Shown in pieces: positions 1 to 14,044 of a stretch of 64,000 nucleotides of DNA. The notes beneath the pieces were generated by a model. That model ran no database searches, was not told where the DNA came from, and was given only the letters and a program-made list of their open reading frames with translations. The DNA lies in contig OZ024740.1 in NCBI GenBank assembly GCA_964016885.1, positions 398,350,001-398,414,000 on the forward strand, read 5' to 3'. Position numbers and translations under genes: made by a program. Origin of the DNA: Eledone cirrhosa (Eukaryota). The number at the start of each line of letters is the position of its first letter. Position 1 is the first letter of the stretch.

Positions 1-3000
1 ATCACGCAGACTGTCATATTGTATCATTCAGACTGTCATATAGTATCACTCAGACTGTCATATCGTATCACCCAGACTGTCATATTGTATCACTCAGACT
101 GTCATATAGTATCATTCAGACTGTCATATAGCATCACTCAGACTGTCATATATTATCACCCAGACTGTCATATTGTATCACTCAGACTGTCATATTGTAT
201 CATTCAGACTGTCATATTGTATCACTCAGACTGTCATATAGTATCACTCAGACTGTCATATAGTATCACTCAGACTGTCATATTGTATCATTCAGACTGT
301 CATATAGTATCACTCAGACTGTCATATAGTATCACCCAGACTGTCATATTGTATCATTCAGACTGTCATATAATATCACTCAGACTGTCATATAGTATCA
401 CTCAGACTGTCCTATAGTATCACTCAGACTGTCATATTGTATCATACAGACTGTCATATAGTATCACTCAGACTGTCATATAGTATCACTCAGACTGTCA
501 TATAGTATCACTCAGACTGTCGTATTGTATCACTCAGACTGTCATATTGTATCACTCAGACTGTCATATGGTATCACTCAGACTGTCATATTGTATCACT
601 CAGACTGTCATATAGTATCACTCAGACTGTCATATTGTATCTCTCAGTCTTTCATATTGTATCACTCAGACTGTCATATTGTATCACTCAGACTGTCATA
701 TTGTATCATTCAGGCTGTCATATTGTATCATTCAGACTGTCATATTGTATCACTCAGACTGTCATATAGTATCACTCAGACTGTCATATAGTATCACTCA
801 GACTGTCATATTGTATCATTCAGACTGTCATATTGTATCACTCAGACTGTCATATGGAATCACTCAGACTGTCATATTGTATCACTCAGACTGTCATATT
901 GTATCATTCAGACTGTCATATAGTATCACTCAGACTGTCATATAGTATCACTCAGACTGTCATATAGTATCACTCAGACTGTCATATAGTATCACTCAGA
1001 CTGTCGTATTGTATCACTCAGACTGTCATATTGTATCACTCAGACTGTCATATGGTATCACTCAGACTGTCATATTGTATCACTCAGACTGTCATATTGT
1101 ATCACTCAGACTGTCATATTGTATCACTCAGACTGTCATATAGTATCACTCAGACTGTCATATAGTATCACTCAGACTGTCATATAGTATCACTCAGACT
1201 GTCATATAGTATCACTCAGACTGTCATATTGTATCACTCAGACTGTCATATAGTATCACTCAGACTGTCATATAGTATCACTCAGACTGTCATATTGTAT
1301 CATTCAGACTGTCATATTGTATCACTCAGCCTGTCATATGGTATCACTCAGACTGTCATATTGTATCACTCAGACTGTCATATTGTATCACTCAGACTGT
1401 CATATAGTATCACTCAGACTGTCATATAGTATCACTCAGACTGTCATATAGTATCACTCAGACTGTCATATAGTATCACTCAGACTGTCGTATTGTATCA
1501 CTCAGACTGTCATATTGTATCACTCAGACTGTCATATTGTATCACTCAGACTGTCATATAGTATCACTCAGACTGTCATATAGTATCACTCAGACTGTCG
1601 TATTGTATCACTCAGACTGTCATATTGTATCACTCAGACTGTCATATTGTATCACTCAGACTGTCATATAGTATCACTCAGACTGTCATATAGTATCACT
1701 CAGACGGTCATATTGTATCACTCTGACTGTCATATAGTATCACTCAGACTGTCATATAGTATCACTCAGACTGTCATATTGTATCACTCAGACTGTCATA
1801 TAGTATCACTCAGACTGTCATATAGCATCACTCAGACTGTCATATAGTATCACCCACACTGTCATATTGTATCACTCAGACTGTCATATTGTATCATTCA
1901 GACTGTCATATTGTATCACTCAGACTGTCATATAGTATCACTCAGACTGTCATATAGTATCACTCAGACTGTCATATTGTATCATTCAGACTGTCATATA
2001 GTATCACTCAGACTGTCATATAGTATCACCCAGACTGTCATATTGTATCATTCAGACTGTCATATAATATCACTCAGACTGTCATATAGTATCACTCAGA
2101 CTGTCCTATAGTATCACTCAGACTGTCATATTGTATCATTCAGACTGTCATATAGTATCACTCAGACTGTCATATAGTATCACTCAGACTGTCATATAGT
2201 ATCACTCAGACTGTCGTATTGTATCACTCAGACTGTCATATTGTATCACTCAGACTGTCATATTGTATCACTCAGACTGTCATATAGTATCACTCAGACT
2301 GTCATATAGTATCACTCAGACGGTCATATTGTATCACTCTGACTGTCATATAGTATCACTCAGACTGTCATATAGTATCACTCAGACTGTCATATTGTAT
2401 CACTCAGACTGTCATATAGTATCACTCAGACTGTCATATAGCATCACTCAGACTGTCATATAGTATCACCCAGACTGTCATATTGTATCACTCAGACTGT
2501 CATATTGTATCATTCAGACTGTCATATTGTATCACTCAGACTGTCATATAGTATCACTCAGACTGTCATATAGTATCACTCAGACTGTCATATTGTATCA
2601 TTCAGACTGTCATATAGTATCACTCAGACTGTCATATAGTATCACCCAGACTGTCATATTGTATCATTCAGACTGTCATATAATATCACTCAGACTGTCA
2701 TATAGTATCACTCAGACTGTCCTATAGTATCACTCAGACTGTCATATTGTATCATTCAGACTGTCATATAGTATCACTCAGACTGTCATATAGTATCACT
2801 CAGACTGTCATATAGTATCACTCAGACTGTCGTATTGTATCACTCAGACTGTCATATTGTATCACTCAGACTGTCATATGGTATCACTCAGACTGTCATA
2901 TTGTATCACTCAGACTGTCATATAGTATCACTCAGACTGTCATATTGTATCTCTCAGTCTTTCATATTGTATCACTCAGACTGTCATATTGTATCACTCA

Positions 3001-6000
3001 GACTGTCATATTGTATCATTCAGACTGTCATATTGTATCATTCAGACTGTCATATTGTATCACTCAGACTGTCATATAGTATCACTCAGACTGTCATATA
3101 GTATCACTCAGACTGTCATATTGTATCATTCAGACTGTCATATTGTATCACTCAGACTGTCATATGGTATCACTCAGACTGTCATATTGTATCACTCAGA
3201 CTGTCATATTGTATCATTCAGACTGTCATATAGTATCACTCAGACTGTCATATAGTATCACTCAGACTGTCATATAGTATCACTCAGACTGTCATATAGT
3301 ATCACTCAGACTGTCATATTGTATCACTCAGACTGTCATATGGTATCACTCAGACTGTCATATTGTATCACTCAGACTGTCATATTGTATCACTCAGACT
3401 GTCATATTGTATCACTCAGACTGTCATATAGTATCACTCAGACTGTCATATAGTATCACTCAGACTGTCATATAGTATCACTCAGACTGTCATATAGTAT
3501 CACTCAGACTGTCATATTGTATCACCCAGACTGTCATATAGTATCACTCAGACTGTCATATAGTATCACTCAGACTGTCATATTGTATCATTCAGACTGT
3601 CATATTGTATCACTCAGCCTGTCATATGGTATCACTCAGACTGTCATATTGTATCACTCAGACTGTCATATTGTATCATTCAGACTGTCATATAGTATCA
3701 CTCAGACTGTCATATAGTATCACTCAGACTGTCATATAGTATCACTCAGACTGTTATATAGTATCACTCAGACTGTCGTATTGTATCACTCAGACTGTCA
3801 TATAGTATCACTCAGACTGTCATATTGTATCACTCTGACTGTCATATAGTATCACTCAGACTGTCATATAGTATCACTCAAACTGTCATATAGTATCACT
3901 CAAACTGTCGTATTGTATCACTCAGACTGTCATATAGTATCACTCAGACTGTCGTATTGTATCACTCAGACTGTCATATTGTATCACTCAGACTGTCATA
4001 TGGTATCACTCAGACTGTCATATTGTATCACTCAGACTGTCATATTGTATCACTCAGACTGTCATATTGTATCACTCAGACTGTCATATAGTATCACTCA
4101 GACTGTCATATAGTATCACTCAGACTGTCATATAGTATCACTCAGACTGTCATATAGTATCACTCAGACTGTCATATTGTATCACTCAGACTGTCATATA
4201 GTATCACTCAGACTGTCATATAGTATCACTCAGACTGTCATATTGTATCATTCAGACTGTCATATTGTATCACTCAGCCTGTCATATGGTATCACTCAGA
4301 CTGTCATATTGTATCACTCAGACTGTCATATTGTATCACTCAGACTGTCATATAGTATCACTCAGACTGTCATATAGTATCACTCAGACTGTCATATAGT
4401 ATCACTCAGACTGTCATATAGTATCACTCAGACTGTCGTATTGTATCACTCAGACTGTCATATTGTATCACTCAGACTGTCATATTGTATCACTCAGACT
4501 GTCATATAGTATCACTCAGACTGTCATATAGTATCACTCAGACTGTCGTATTGTATCACTCAGACTGTCATATTGTATCACTCAGACTGTCATATTGTAT
4601 CACTCAGACTGTCATATAGTATCACTCAGACTGTCATATAGTATCACTCAGACGGTCATATTGTATCACTCTGACTGTCATATAGTATCACTCAGACTGT
4701 CATATAGTATCACTCAGACTGTCATATTGTATCACTCAGACTGTCATATAGTATCACTCAGACTGTCATATAGCATCACTCAGACTGTCATATAGTATCA
4801 CCCAGACTGTCATATTGTATCACTCAGACTGTCATATTGTATCATTCAGACTGTCATATTGTATCACTCAGACTGTCATATAGTATCACTCAGACTGTCA
4901 TATAGTATCACTCAGACTGTCATATTGTATCATTCAGACTGTCATATAGTATCACTCAGACTGTCATATAGTATCACCCAGACTGTCATATTGTATCATT
5001 CAGACTGTCATATAATATCACTCAGACTGTCATATAGTATCACTCAGACTGTCCTATAGTATCACTCAGACTGTCATATTGTATCATTCAGACTGTCATA
5101 TAGTATCACTCAGACTGTCATATAGTATCACTCAGACTGTCATATAGTATCACTCAGACTGTCGTATTGTATCACTCAGACTGTCATATTGTATCACTCA
5201 GACTGTCATATTGTATCACTCAGACTGTCATATAGTATCACTCAGACTGTCATATAGTATCACTCAGACGGTCATATTGTATCACTCTGACTGTCATATA
5301 GTATCACTCAGACTGTCATATAGTATCACTCAGACTGTCATATTGTATCACTCAGACTGTCATATAGTATCACTCAGACTGTCATATAGCATCACTCAGA
5401 CTGTCATATAGTATCACCCAGACTGTCATATTGTATCACTCAGACTGTCATATTGTATCATTCAGACTGTCATATTGTATCACTCAGACTGTCATATAGT
5501 ATCACTCAGACTGTCATATAGTATCACTCAGACTGTCATATTGTATCATTCAGACTGTCATATAGTATCACTCAGACTGTCATATAGTATCACCCAGACT
5601 GTCATATTGTATCATTCAGACTGTCATATAATATCACTCAGACTGTCATATAGTATCACTCAGACTGTCCTATAGTATCACTCAGACTGTCATATTGTAT
5701 CATTCAGACTGTCATATAGTATCACTCAGACTGTCATATAGTATCACTCAGACTGTCATATAGTATCACTCAGACTGTCGTATTGTATCACTCAGACTGT
5801 CATATTGTATCACTCAGACTGTCATATGGTATCACTCAGACTGTCATATTGTATCACTCAGACTGTCATATAGTATCACTCAGACTGTCATATTGTATCT
5901 CTCAGTCTTTCATATTGTATCACTCAGACTGTCATATTGTATCACTCAGACTGTCATATTGTATCATTCAGACTGTCATATTGTATCATTCAGACTGTCA

Positions 6001-6920
6001 TATTGTATCACTCAGACTGTCATATAGTATCACTCAGACTGTCATATAGTATCACTCAGACTGTCATATTGTATCATTCAGACTGTCATATTGTATCACT
6101 CAGACTGTCATATGGTATCACTCAGACTGTCATATTGTATCACTCAGACTGTCATATTGTATCATTCAGACTGTCATATAGTATCACTCAGACTGTCATA
6201 TAGTATCACTCAGACTGTCATATAGTATCACTCAGACTGTCATATAGTATCACTCAGACTGTCATATTGTATCACTCAGACTGTCATATGGTATCACTCA
6301 GACTGTCATATTGTATCACTCAGACTGTCATATTGTATCACTCAGACTGTCATATTGTATCACTCAGACTGTCATATAGTATCACTCAGACTGTCATATA
6401 GTATCACTCAGACTGTCATATAGTATCACTCAGACTGTCATATAGTATCACTCAGACTGTCATATTGTATCACCCAGACTGTCATATAGTATCACTCAGA
6501 CTGTCATATAGTATCACTCAGACTGTCATATTGTATCATTCAGACTGTCATATTGTATCACTCAGCCTGTCATATGGTATCACTCAGACTGTCATATTGT
6601 ATCACTCAGACTGTCATATTGTATCATTCAGACTGTCATATAGTATCACTCAGACTGTCATATAGTATCACTCAGACTGTCATATAGTATCACTCAGACT
6701 GTTATATAGTATCACTCAGACTGTCGTATTGTATCACTCAGACTGTCATATAGTATCACTCAGACTGTCATATTGTATCACTCTGACTGTCATATAGTAT
6801 CACTCAGACTGTCATATAGTATCACTCAAACTGTCATATAGTATCACTCAAACTGTCGTATTGTATCACTCAGACTGTCATATAGTATCACTCAGACTGT
6901 CGTATTGTATCACTCAGACA
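1..6920. repeat. 22-bp tandem satellite (consensus GTATCACTCAGACTGTCATATW), about 314 monomers, open at the window start
   Basis: Direct 22-bp periodicity; variant monomers recur at multiples of 22 (CTCTCAGTCTTTC at 641, 2951, 5899). The ORFs here are artefacts of the repeat. Confidence 0.98.
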
Positions 6921-7404
6921 GCATATCCTAAACAATAATAAATACATAAACCAATTGCTCGAATGACACCCAATTTCCGATGACCTCTCGTATAATAGAA
7001 TAACGACATGGAACAGAAATATTGCATTCTCCCCCACTCAAAAAGTTTGGTTATGCGGATGTTTCACGTAAATCTGAAGATGATGCTAACATTTACATAT
7101 AGTGTTGCCCCTCATGATCTCATGGCCTTTACACCTCGTCACATTTAGAAAGCTGTTTTGCAATCCAAGAGCAGGAGATAGTTATAAAACATATAATGAA
7201 CGAAAGAGATAGTGAAGCTCTTCAACTTTCAAACTGCGACAGAAAGTGTCGATTATATCAGATTTCTGTGGAGGGTGATACATGTGATCAGTAGTTTCTT
7301 AAAAACATCAAGACGTAACCTCTGAATGTGACACCATGTTGTTGCTATGACAATATACAAGACCAACAATAGAAAAGAGAGCCTTGAGATAAATATGAAG
7401 ATTA

Positions 7405-7745
7405 TTCCTATTACTGGATGATGGCTGCCCCCTCGTTATCGAGTATGGCCATTGCACAACATAACATTATTAATAATTATCAATTGATGTGATCGTGCAA
7501 TGCCTGTGCATGAAGATTTTTTTTTAAGTGAGGAGAGACTGTGCACTGAGCCAATCCCACTCTCTGAGTGACAGTACTTATAACCCGAAAAAAAGAAAAG
7601 ATCAATATCCTCGGTAGCTACTGAGCCGCAGGTTTTATGTTGGAGTTATCACAGTTGCCTGAGTTGCTTTCTCCTAGAAGAATGCCCTGACAAAAGCTAT
7701 GAGTCCTTCACTCCCAGTGGTTTAACGGCGTGATCGGGTATCCAG
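7405..7745 (-). mobile_element. Degenerate fragment resembling the 5' region of an RTE-type LINE or a related SINE
   Basis: Motifs GATGATGGCTGCCCCC and TTGCTTTCTCCTAGAAGAATGCCCTGACAAAAGCTATGAGTCC resemble RTE 5' ends from recall only; no ORF support. Confidence 0.3.
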
Positions 7746-8334
7746 CCCAATTATCTCTATGTCCCCGCGCATATATATACATAGGTATACATATGTATAT
7801 ATTATTGGATATATGCATACATATTAACACACTATGTATATTTTTAATTAATTTCAACTCTTCTTATTAATAACTTTCCAAGGACTATGTTGAAAAATAA
7901 ACCTCATTTAGTGATTCCATGAGAGTATCTTGGTCAGCCTATGAACTCTTTAGCTGACCCTCGTACGATCCCGTTTATATGTTGTATTTGTAAATTGAGT
8001 GTTAATTGATTCTATTCTTCTCTTTTAAAAGCTTCAAGCACGGGTAACACTTGATCTAAACGACTTTCCCATGTGTTGCATGAACATGGCCTTTTTTTCT
8101 TTCGCTGCAGGAACCTAAGTCCTTGGAAGGTCTAAAACCTCATGTTCGTGTCACCCATTTATAAAAGAAGTTAAAGGGATGGCAATTCTCGAAACCGTGA
8201 GGTAGTGATTATAAATGTATGGATGGTTGTTTTGCCTTATTTTGACTAAGGCACTCTTCTCTTCACGAGCTAGACTTGGTAAAGATCCTCGCTCTTCCTG
8301 TTTGTACACAGTTGATTGCTTCCAGAGAGAGGGA

Positions 8335-8338
<4 letters not shown>

Positions 8339-8406
<68 letters not shown>
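8339..8406. repeat. (GA)n microsatellite
   Basis: Direct. Confidence 0.98.
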
Positions 8407-8412
<6 letters not shown>

Positions 8413-8880
8413 GAGAAAGAAAAATGAAAGAATTGAGCATATTAGTGCGACAACGAATATCGCAAAGCATTCTATTCAACGCTTTAATGATTCTGCACTT
8501 TCTCCGCCTACATATAATATATGTATCTATGTATCTATGCAAGAGCATGTGTATGTATATACGTATTTGTCTATGTATATGTATGTATCTTCATGCATTT
8601 ATATATTGCTGTTGTTTATAGTGTAAACGTGTTACACGTGTTTTTCTTTCTTTTTCTGTAATATAAGTAAACATTTAGAAAAAGTAAATTGTTGTCTAAG
8701 TAGAAAAGTAGACAGAAATGAAGATGTATAATTTTTAATGGAAAAAAAACCGCAGTTAAAACTTGTCTAAATCAACTAGAGAACAAACTTAAATATCTAT
8801 AAATATATGATACAATAAAACAACATACAGGAATGTTTTGTTTTTTTAATGAATAAAAACAGAAGACATTATTTTTAAAT

Positions 8881-9060
8881 TGGCAGTATCGGTAGAGGGT
8901 CGGACGCCATGCTTTCCAGCATAGTTACGTCTCTTTACGGTCCGAGTACAAATCCCGTCGAGGTTAACTTTGCCTTTCATCCTTACGGGGTCGATAAAAT
9001 AAAGTACCAGTAATGTACTGGGTAATTGCTGGCCTTGTGCCAAAAGTAGAAACAATTATT
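8881..9060 (+). mobile_element. tRNA-derived SINE with a conserved central core (Meta-domain-like)
   Basis: A-box-like TGGCAGTATCGG, B-box-like GAGTACAAATCC, core GCCTTTCATCCTTACGGGGTCGATAAAATAAAGTACCAG; at least five more copies in the window. Confidence 0.85.
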
Positions 9061-9409
9061 TTTTAGTATAGTTTAGTATTAAAAGAACAAAACTAGTTGC
9101 AAACAGAGCGCAAGAAATAACTCACGAATTCATTCTGGTAGAAATGCTACATAGAGCACTAACAACTACTCTACATGCCACTGCCATAAATGAAACTTAA
9201 GGGCCAGCTTGCCTTATGACATTGCCCTACGCCCTTATAGAGGTCGATTAAATCAGTTTTCCCCTCCTCCAAAATTGCTGGCCCTGTACTGGATAAAGAA
9301 AGGATATTATATATATCTTTATATTTAAAAGGAAAAGTCTGTTTGTTTGTTACCTATAAATATGTGAAGAGTGACAATCTTCTTAACAGCATCATAGAAA
9401 AGACCATTG

Positions 9410-10945
9410 GGCGGGTAGCATTGACTGGGTAGCATTGACTGGGTAGCATTGACTGGGTAGCATTGACTGTGTAGCATTGGCTGGGTAGCATTGGCTGGGT
9501 AGCATTGACTTGGTAGCATTGGCTGGGTAGCATTGGCTGGGTAGCATTGACTGGGTAGCATTGGCTGGGTAGCATTGACTGGGTAGCATTGACTGGGTAG
9601 CATTGGCTGGGTAGCATTGACTGGGTAGCATTGGCTGGGTAGCATTGACTGGGTAGCATTGGCTGGGTAGCATTGGCTGGGTAGCATTGACTGGGTAGCA
9701 TTGGCTGGGTAGCATTGACTTGGTAGCATTGGCTGGGTAGCATTGGCTGGGTAGCATTGACTGGGTAGCATTGGCTGGGTAGCATTGGCTGGGTAGCATT
9801 GACTGGGTAGCATTGACTGGGTAGCATTGACTGGGTAGCATTGACTGGGTAGCATTGGCTGGGTAGCATTGACTGGGTAGCATTGACTGGGTAGCATTGA
9901 CTGTGTAGCATTGGCTGGGTAGCATTGGCTGGGTAGCATTGACTGGGTAGCATTGACTGGGTAGCATTGACTGGGTAGCATTGGCTGGGTAGCATTGGCT
10001 GGGTAGCATTGGCTGGGTAGCATTGACTGGGTAGCATTGACTGGGTAGCATTGACTGTGTAGCATTGGCTGGGTAGCATTGGCTGGGTAGCATTGGCTGG
10101 GTAGCATTGGCTGGGTAGCATTGACTGGGTAGCATTGACTGGGTAGCATTGGCTGAGTAGCATTGGCTGGGTAGCATTGACTGGGTAGCAGTGACTGGGT
10201 AGCATTGACTGGGTAGCATTGGCTGGGTAGCATTGGCTGAGTAGCATTGGCTGGGTAGCATTGACTGGGTAGCATTGGCTGGGTAGCATTGGCTGGGTAG
10301 CATTGACTGGGTAGCATTGACTGGGTAGCATTGACTGGGTAGCATTGGCTGGGTAGCATTGACTGGGTAGCATTGGCTGGGTAGCATTGACTGGGTAGCA
10401 TTGGCTGGGTAGCATTGACTGGGTAGCATTGACTGGGTAGCATTGACTGGGTAGCATTGACTGGGTAGCATTGGCTGGGTAGCATTGGCTGGGTAGCATT
10501 GACTGTGTAGCATTGGCTGGGTAGCATTGGCTGGGTAGCATTGACTGGGTAGCATTGACTGGGTAGCATTGACTGTGTAGCATTGACTGGGTAGCATTGA
10601 CTGGGTAGCATTGACTGGGTAGCATTGGCTGGGTAGCATTGGCTGGGTAGCATTGACTGGGTAGCATTGACTGGGTAGCATTGACTGGGTAGCATTGGCT
10701 GGGTAGCATTGGCTGGGTAGCATTGGGTGAGTAGCATTGACTGGGTAGCATTGGCTGGGTAACCTTGGCTGGGTAGCATTGGCTGGGTAGCATTGACTGG
10801 GTAGCATTGGCTGGGTAGCATTGGCTGGGTAACCTTGGCTGGGTAGCATTGGCTGGGTAGCATTGACTGGGTAGCATTGGCTGGGTAGCATTGGCTGGGT
10901 AGCATTGGGAGGGTAGCATTGGGTGGGTAGCATTGGGTGGGTAGC
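9410..10945. repeat. 14-bp G-rich minisatellite (GGGTAGCATTGRCT)n, about 109 copies
   Basis: Direct 14-bp periodicity. The minus strand of the monomer has no stop codon, which produces the three 526-636 aa repeat ORFs. Confidence 0.98.
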
Positions 10946-11105
10946 TAATAGCACATTTGATATAGATATATACAGAAAAAACAACACAAAATAGAACGAA
11001 TTTTTTTTCAACATTTTCTAGAATTATTAAATGAAACAAGGAGACCATTCCAAGTAAGAGTTGTTTCTGTTGCATGTCTCCATATACACACACGTACACA
11101 CACGT

Positions 11106-11215
<110 letters not shown>

Positions 11216-11618
11216 TTGTGTGTGTATTTATATGTGTGGAAGTTATGTGTATGCATGTCGACATGAGTGTGTACGTATGTACGCGTGTGCGTGTATGGTT
11301 TGTGTGGTATGCGTGTGTGTGTACGTGTCTTCATATTTACTAACTCGTATAGAAATCATATTTTCAGGCGAATCTGAACAAAGCCAAAACTTCGATTAAA
11401 AATTATTAAAACTGAAAAGAATTTACAAATTACCCTAATTTAGAAAATATTTTATTTAGAGAAATAACACATGAAAAGGAGCAATATAGAAGTAAACAAT
11501 ACCACAGTACTATGTAAAACTATGTAAGAGATATAAAAAGAACTATAATATTTTTGTATCCTTTTAATATTTTACTGGCTTCATTCATTAGATTCTGGTC
11601 ATGATTGGTCACCGCCTT

Positions 11619-11872
11619 CAAGATCATATCAATTCCAGTACTTTTTTTACAAGATCATATCAATTCCAGTACTTTTTTTACAAGATCATATCAATTCCAG
11701 TACTTTTTTTACAAGATCATATCAATTCCAGTACTTTTTTTACAAGATCATATCAATTCCAGTACTTTTTTTACAAGATCATATCAATTCCAGTACTTTT
11801 TTTACAAGATCATATCAATTCCAGTACTTTTTTTACAAGATCATATCAATTCCAGTACTTTTTTTTTTTTTT
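11619..11872. repeat. 31-bp tandem repeat (CAAGATCATATCAATTCCAGTACTTTTTTTA) x8, ending in poly-T
   Basis: Units start at 11619, 11650, 11681, 11712 and so on. Confidence 0.95.
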
Positions 11873-12424
11873 CAAAATCTGGTGCTTAAATGTATTTTAT
11901 GATTCTCACTAAAGAAGCACACAGGTACACACACATAATTTCCAGTATGTTCATATAAATGCATACACACTTTCCCATATTTTTCAATCATTTTCAATTG
12001 GGAAGATCGAACGTTTTTTAAGTGCTGAAGCAGCACTTCAAATCCAAAGAAGAATTACTATCATTCTCATTTTTTAAATGTTTACCAATTCAGTGCATTA
12101 TTTCCTGGATAACTTAATATGGTGCTACCTCAAAGAATGTTAACAAGATTCAGATATTTCAATAGCTAAAGAACAGCATTGGGGTGGAAATCAGAGCACT
12201 GGCGTCTGAAGCACTAAGGTTGTCATAGAAAACATCTTAAAAAGTGAACATTTGTGCAAAGCAGAAAATGAACGCCATTTTCAAAATGTAATTTTTCACA
12301 TCTAACGATTATTTATTTATTATATAGAGATTTCCTATATATAATGATGGTATGATGCTTTAAATTTAAAACAAAAGTTTTAAAAAATTAAATGGTGAAA
12401 CCCATCTTGATTATATATGTGTAT

Positions 12425-12484
<60 letters not shown>

Positions 12485-12508
12485 TATTAAAAATGTAAGC
12501 TATCGCCG

Positions 12509-12865
12509 TATTTTGACTAAAGAAATTAAAGAAATTATTTAGCCTGATAGTGGGGTTAAGGACCCTCGGAGAAATGGAAAAAGATGAGTATTGACGTACA
12601 TGGGAGTCGAACCCACTGTGCTACCATTTACACCAACACATCACCCGTCTTTTTCCATTCATTACAGTCGCTAAGTTTATAGCTTCTAATTTGAATGGAA
12701 AAAGACGGGTGATGTGTTGGTGTAAATGGTAGCACAGTGGTCCGGATAACCAAAGATGTGGGTCCGACTCCCATGTACGTCAATACTCATCTTTTTCCAT
12801 TTCTCTGAGGGTTCTTAACCCCACTATCAGGCTAAATAATTTCTTTAATTTCTTTAGTCAAAATA
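12509..12865. repeat. Fold-back element: ~150-175 bp inverted arms with ~30 bp spacer, between (CA)n(TA)n and TA tracts, carrying a tRNA-like domain
   Basis: 12509-12660 is the reverse complement of 12693-12865, apart from a 21-bp deletion in the left arm. Confidence 0.9.
12711..12782 (+). ncRNA. tRNA-like cloverleaf (probably a SINE head or pseudo-tRNA), anticodon loop CCGGATA
   Basis: A box TGGTGTAAATGG, D stem GTGT/GCAC, anticodon stem TGGT/ACCA, T arm GTGGG-TCCGACT-CCCAT, acceptor GATGTGT/GTACGTC with G-U pairs. Confidence 0.6.
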
Positions 12866-12991
12866 ATTTCAAACCCACTCGCTGTTTCGAAAATATTCTT
12901 ACATATATATATAACAAAGGAATTGTGGTAAGGAACCAGATGGACCATAACGCACCAGAGTACTCAATACTTAGGGTAGTAGAGTGGGAAA

Positions 12992-13110
12992 TAGGAAAAA
13001 GTATGACCCCGACGGCAGAGCTCAAGCCGTTTCGACGGCTATTTCTGGACTAAATTAGAATTTTTAGCCTGGTGAATAAATAACCGAACTTGTCAAGGGG
13101 GTACTTCCTT
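12992..13110 (-). ncRNA. Type I hammerhead ribozyme, U3-A8 core variant (minus-strand copy)
   Basis: Reverse complement reads CCCC-UUGACAA-G..CGGUUAUUU..AAAUAGCCG.C-GAAA-CGGC..GCCG-UC-GGGG. Confidence 0.75.
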
Positions 13111-14044
13111 ATATGGGAAGATTATAGTTGTCAAGAGAATTGGTTAAAATTTGTTGTAAACACAAATAAGTCTATCATGGCTTTTGGTGGGAGGTAGGGG
13201 TGGCTGAACTTGCCTGTAGAACAATAGGGGAGTGAGTGGAGCGGTTAGGCGTTGAAAGTGATATGTATACAGCAGAATCTAGGGATAGTGTATGAAGTTG
13301 AAGAGGGAGGTTATAGAATAGGTAAATCGAATGAGAGTAGGAGACAATAAAAGATAATAGAAAGAAATAAAAAAATATATAAAGTTAGATAGTGAGAAAT
13401 GAATAAAAAAAATCACAATGCTATCTTACAATTACAGGTTAATAGGTTGAGAATAGAAAAAACTTGTAGAAATTGAGTAGTACCAAAACTGATACAAAAT
13501 TAAAGGGGTTTAACTCCTCTGCTATAAGTAGTTGGTAAAACGTATTCGGCCAATTCTATCTTAAAATTACAGGGGTGGTGGAACTGATGCTACAGAGGCC
13601 CGATGGGCTGCATTGGGGTAGGCGAAAGGGGAAAAGCGAACGAGGAAGAAAATAGGGGGTGGAAGGAAGTGATAGGATGAGACAGGGGGAAGAAGAAGAC
13701 AAAGAGGAAAAGAAAAGAAAAGAGATACATCTACCTAAGTAAGCTGGGGTTTCCCCTAACTTATTCGGCAAGTGGGGGGTATCAGCCCTTGTCTACCCAC
13801 CCGGGTCGTTATGGGGTTTGAGGGCGAGGTTAGTCCTACGCAATCTGTGTTTGCATGCGGTTATACTATCCTTAGAATCTGCTGTATACATATCACTTTC
13901 AACGCTTGACCACTCCACTCACACACCTATTGTTCTACAGGCAAGTTCAGCCACCCCTACCTTCCACCAAATGCCATGATAGACTTATTTGTGTTTACAA
14001 CAAATTTTAGCCAATCCTCTTGACAACTACAATCTTCCCATATA

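Noticed and set aside
1-6920. Many 66-132 aa ORFs (YHSDCHIVSLRLS...) and a superficial CRISPR-like regularity
   Set aside because: Pure tandem 22-mers with no unique spacers and no cas genes; the ORFs are translations of the satellite.
8085-8205. Possible exon (polypyrimidine tract, GCAG acceptor at 8110, GT donors near 8197-8202)
   Set aside because: No partner exons or recognisable protein, and the frame I translated hits a stop; cannot be supported without transcripts.
12535-12675. Possible hammerhead in the tRNA-bearing fold-back (TTAGC-CTGATAG...GTC-GCTAA)
   Set aside because: The core is CUGAUAG and no GAAA-linked stem III leads to the GUC; likely coincidence.
12711-12782. Functional tRNA gene
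   Set aside because: Several G-U pairs in the acceptor stem, a 4-bp anticodon stem, no U33 and a TCC T-loop; treated as tRNA-like only.
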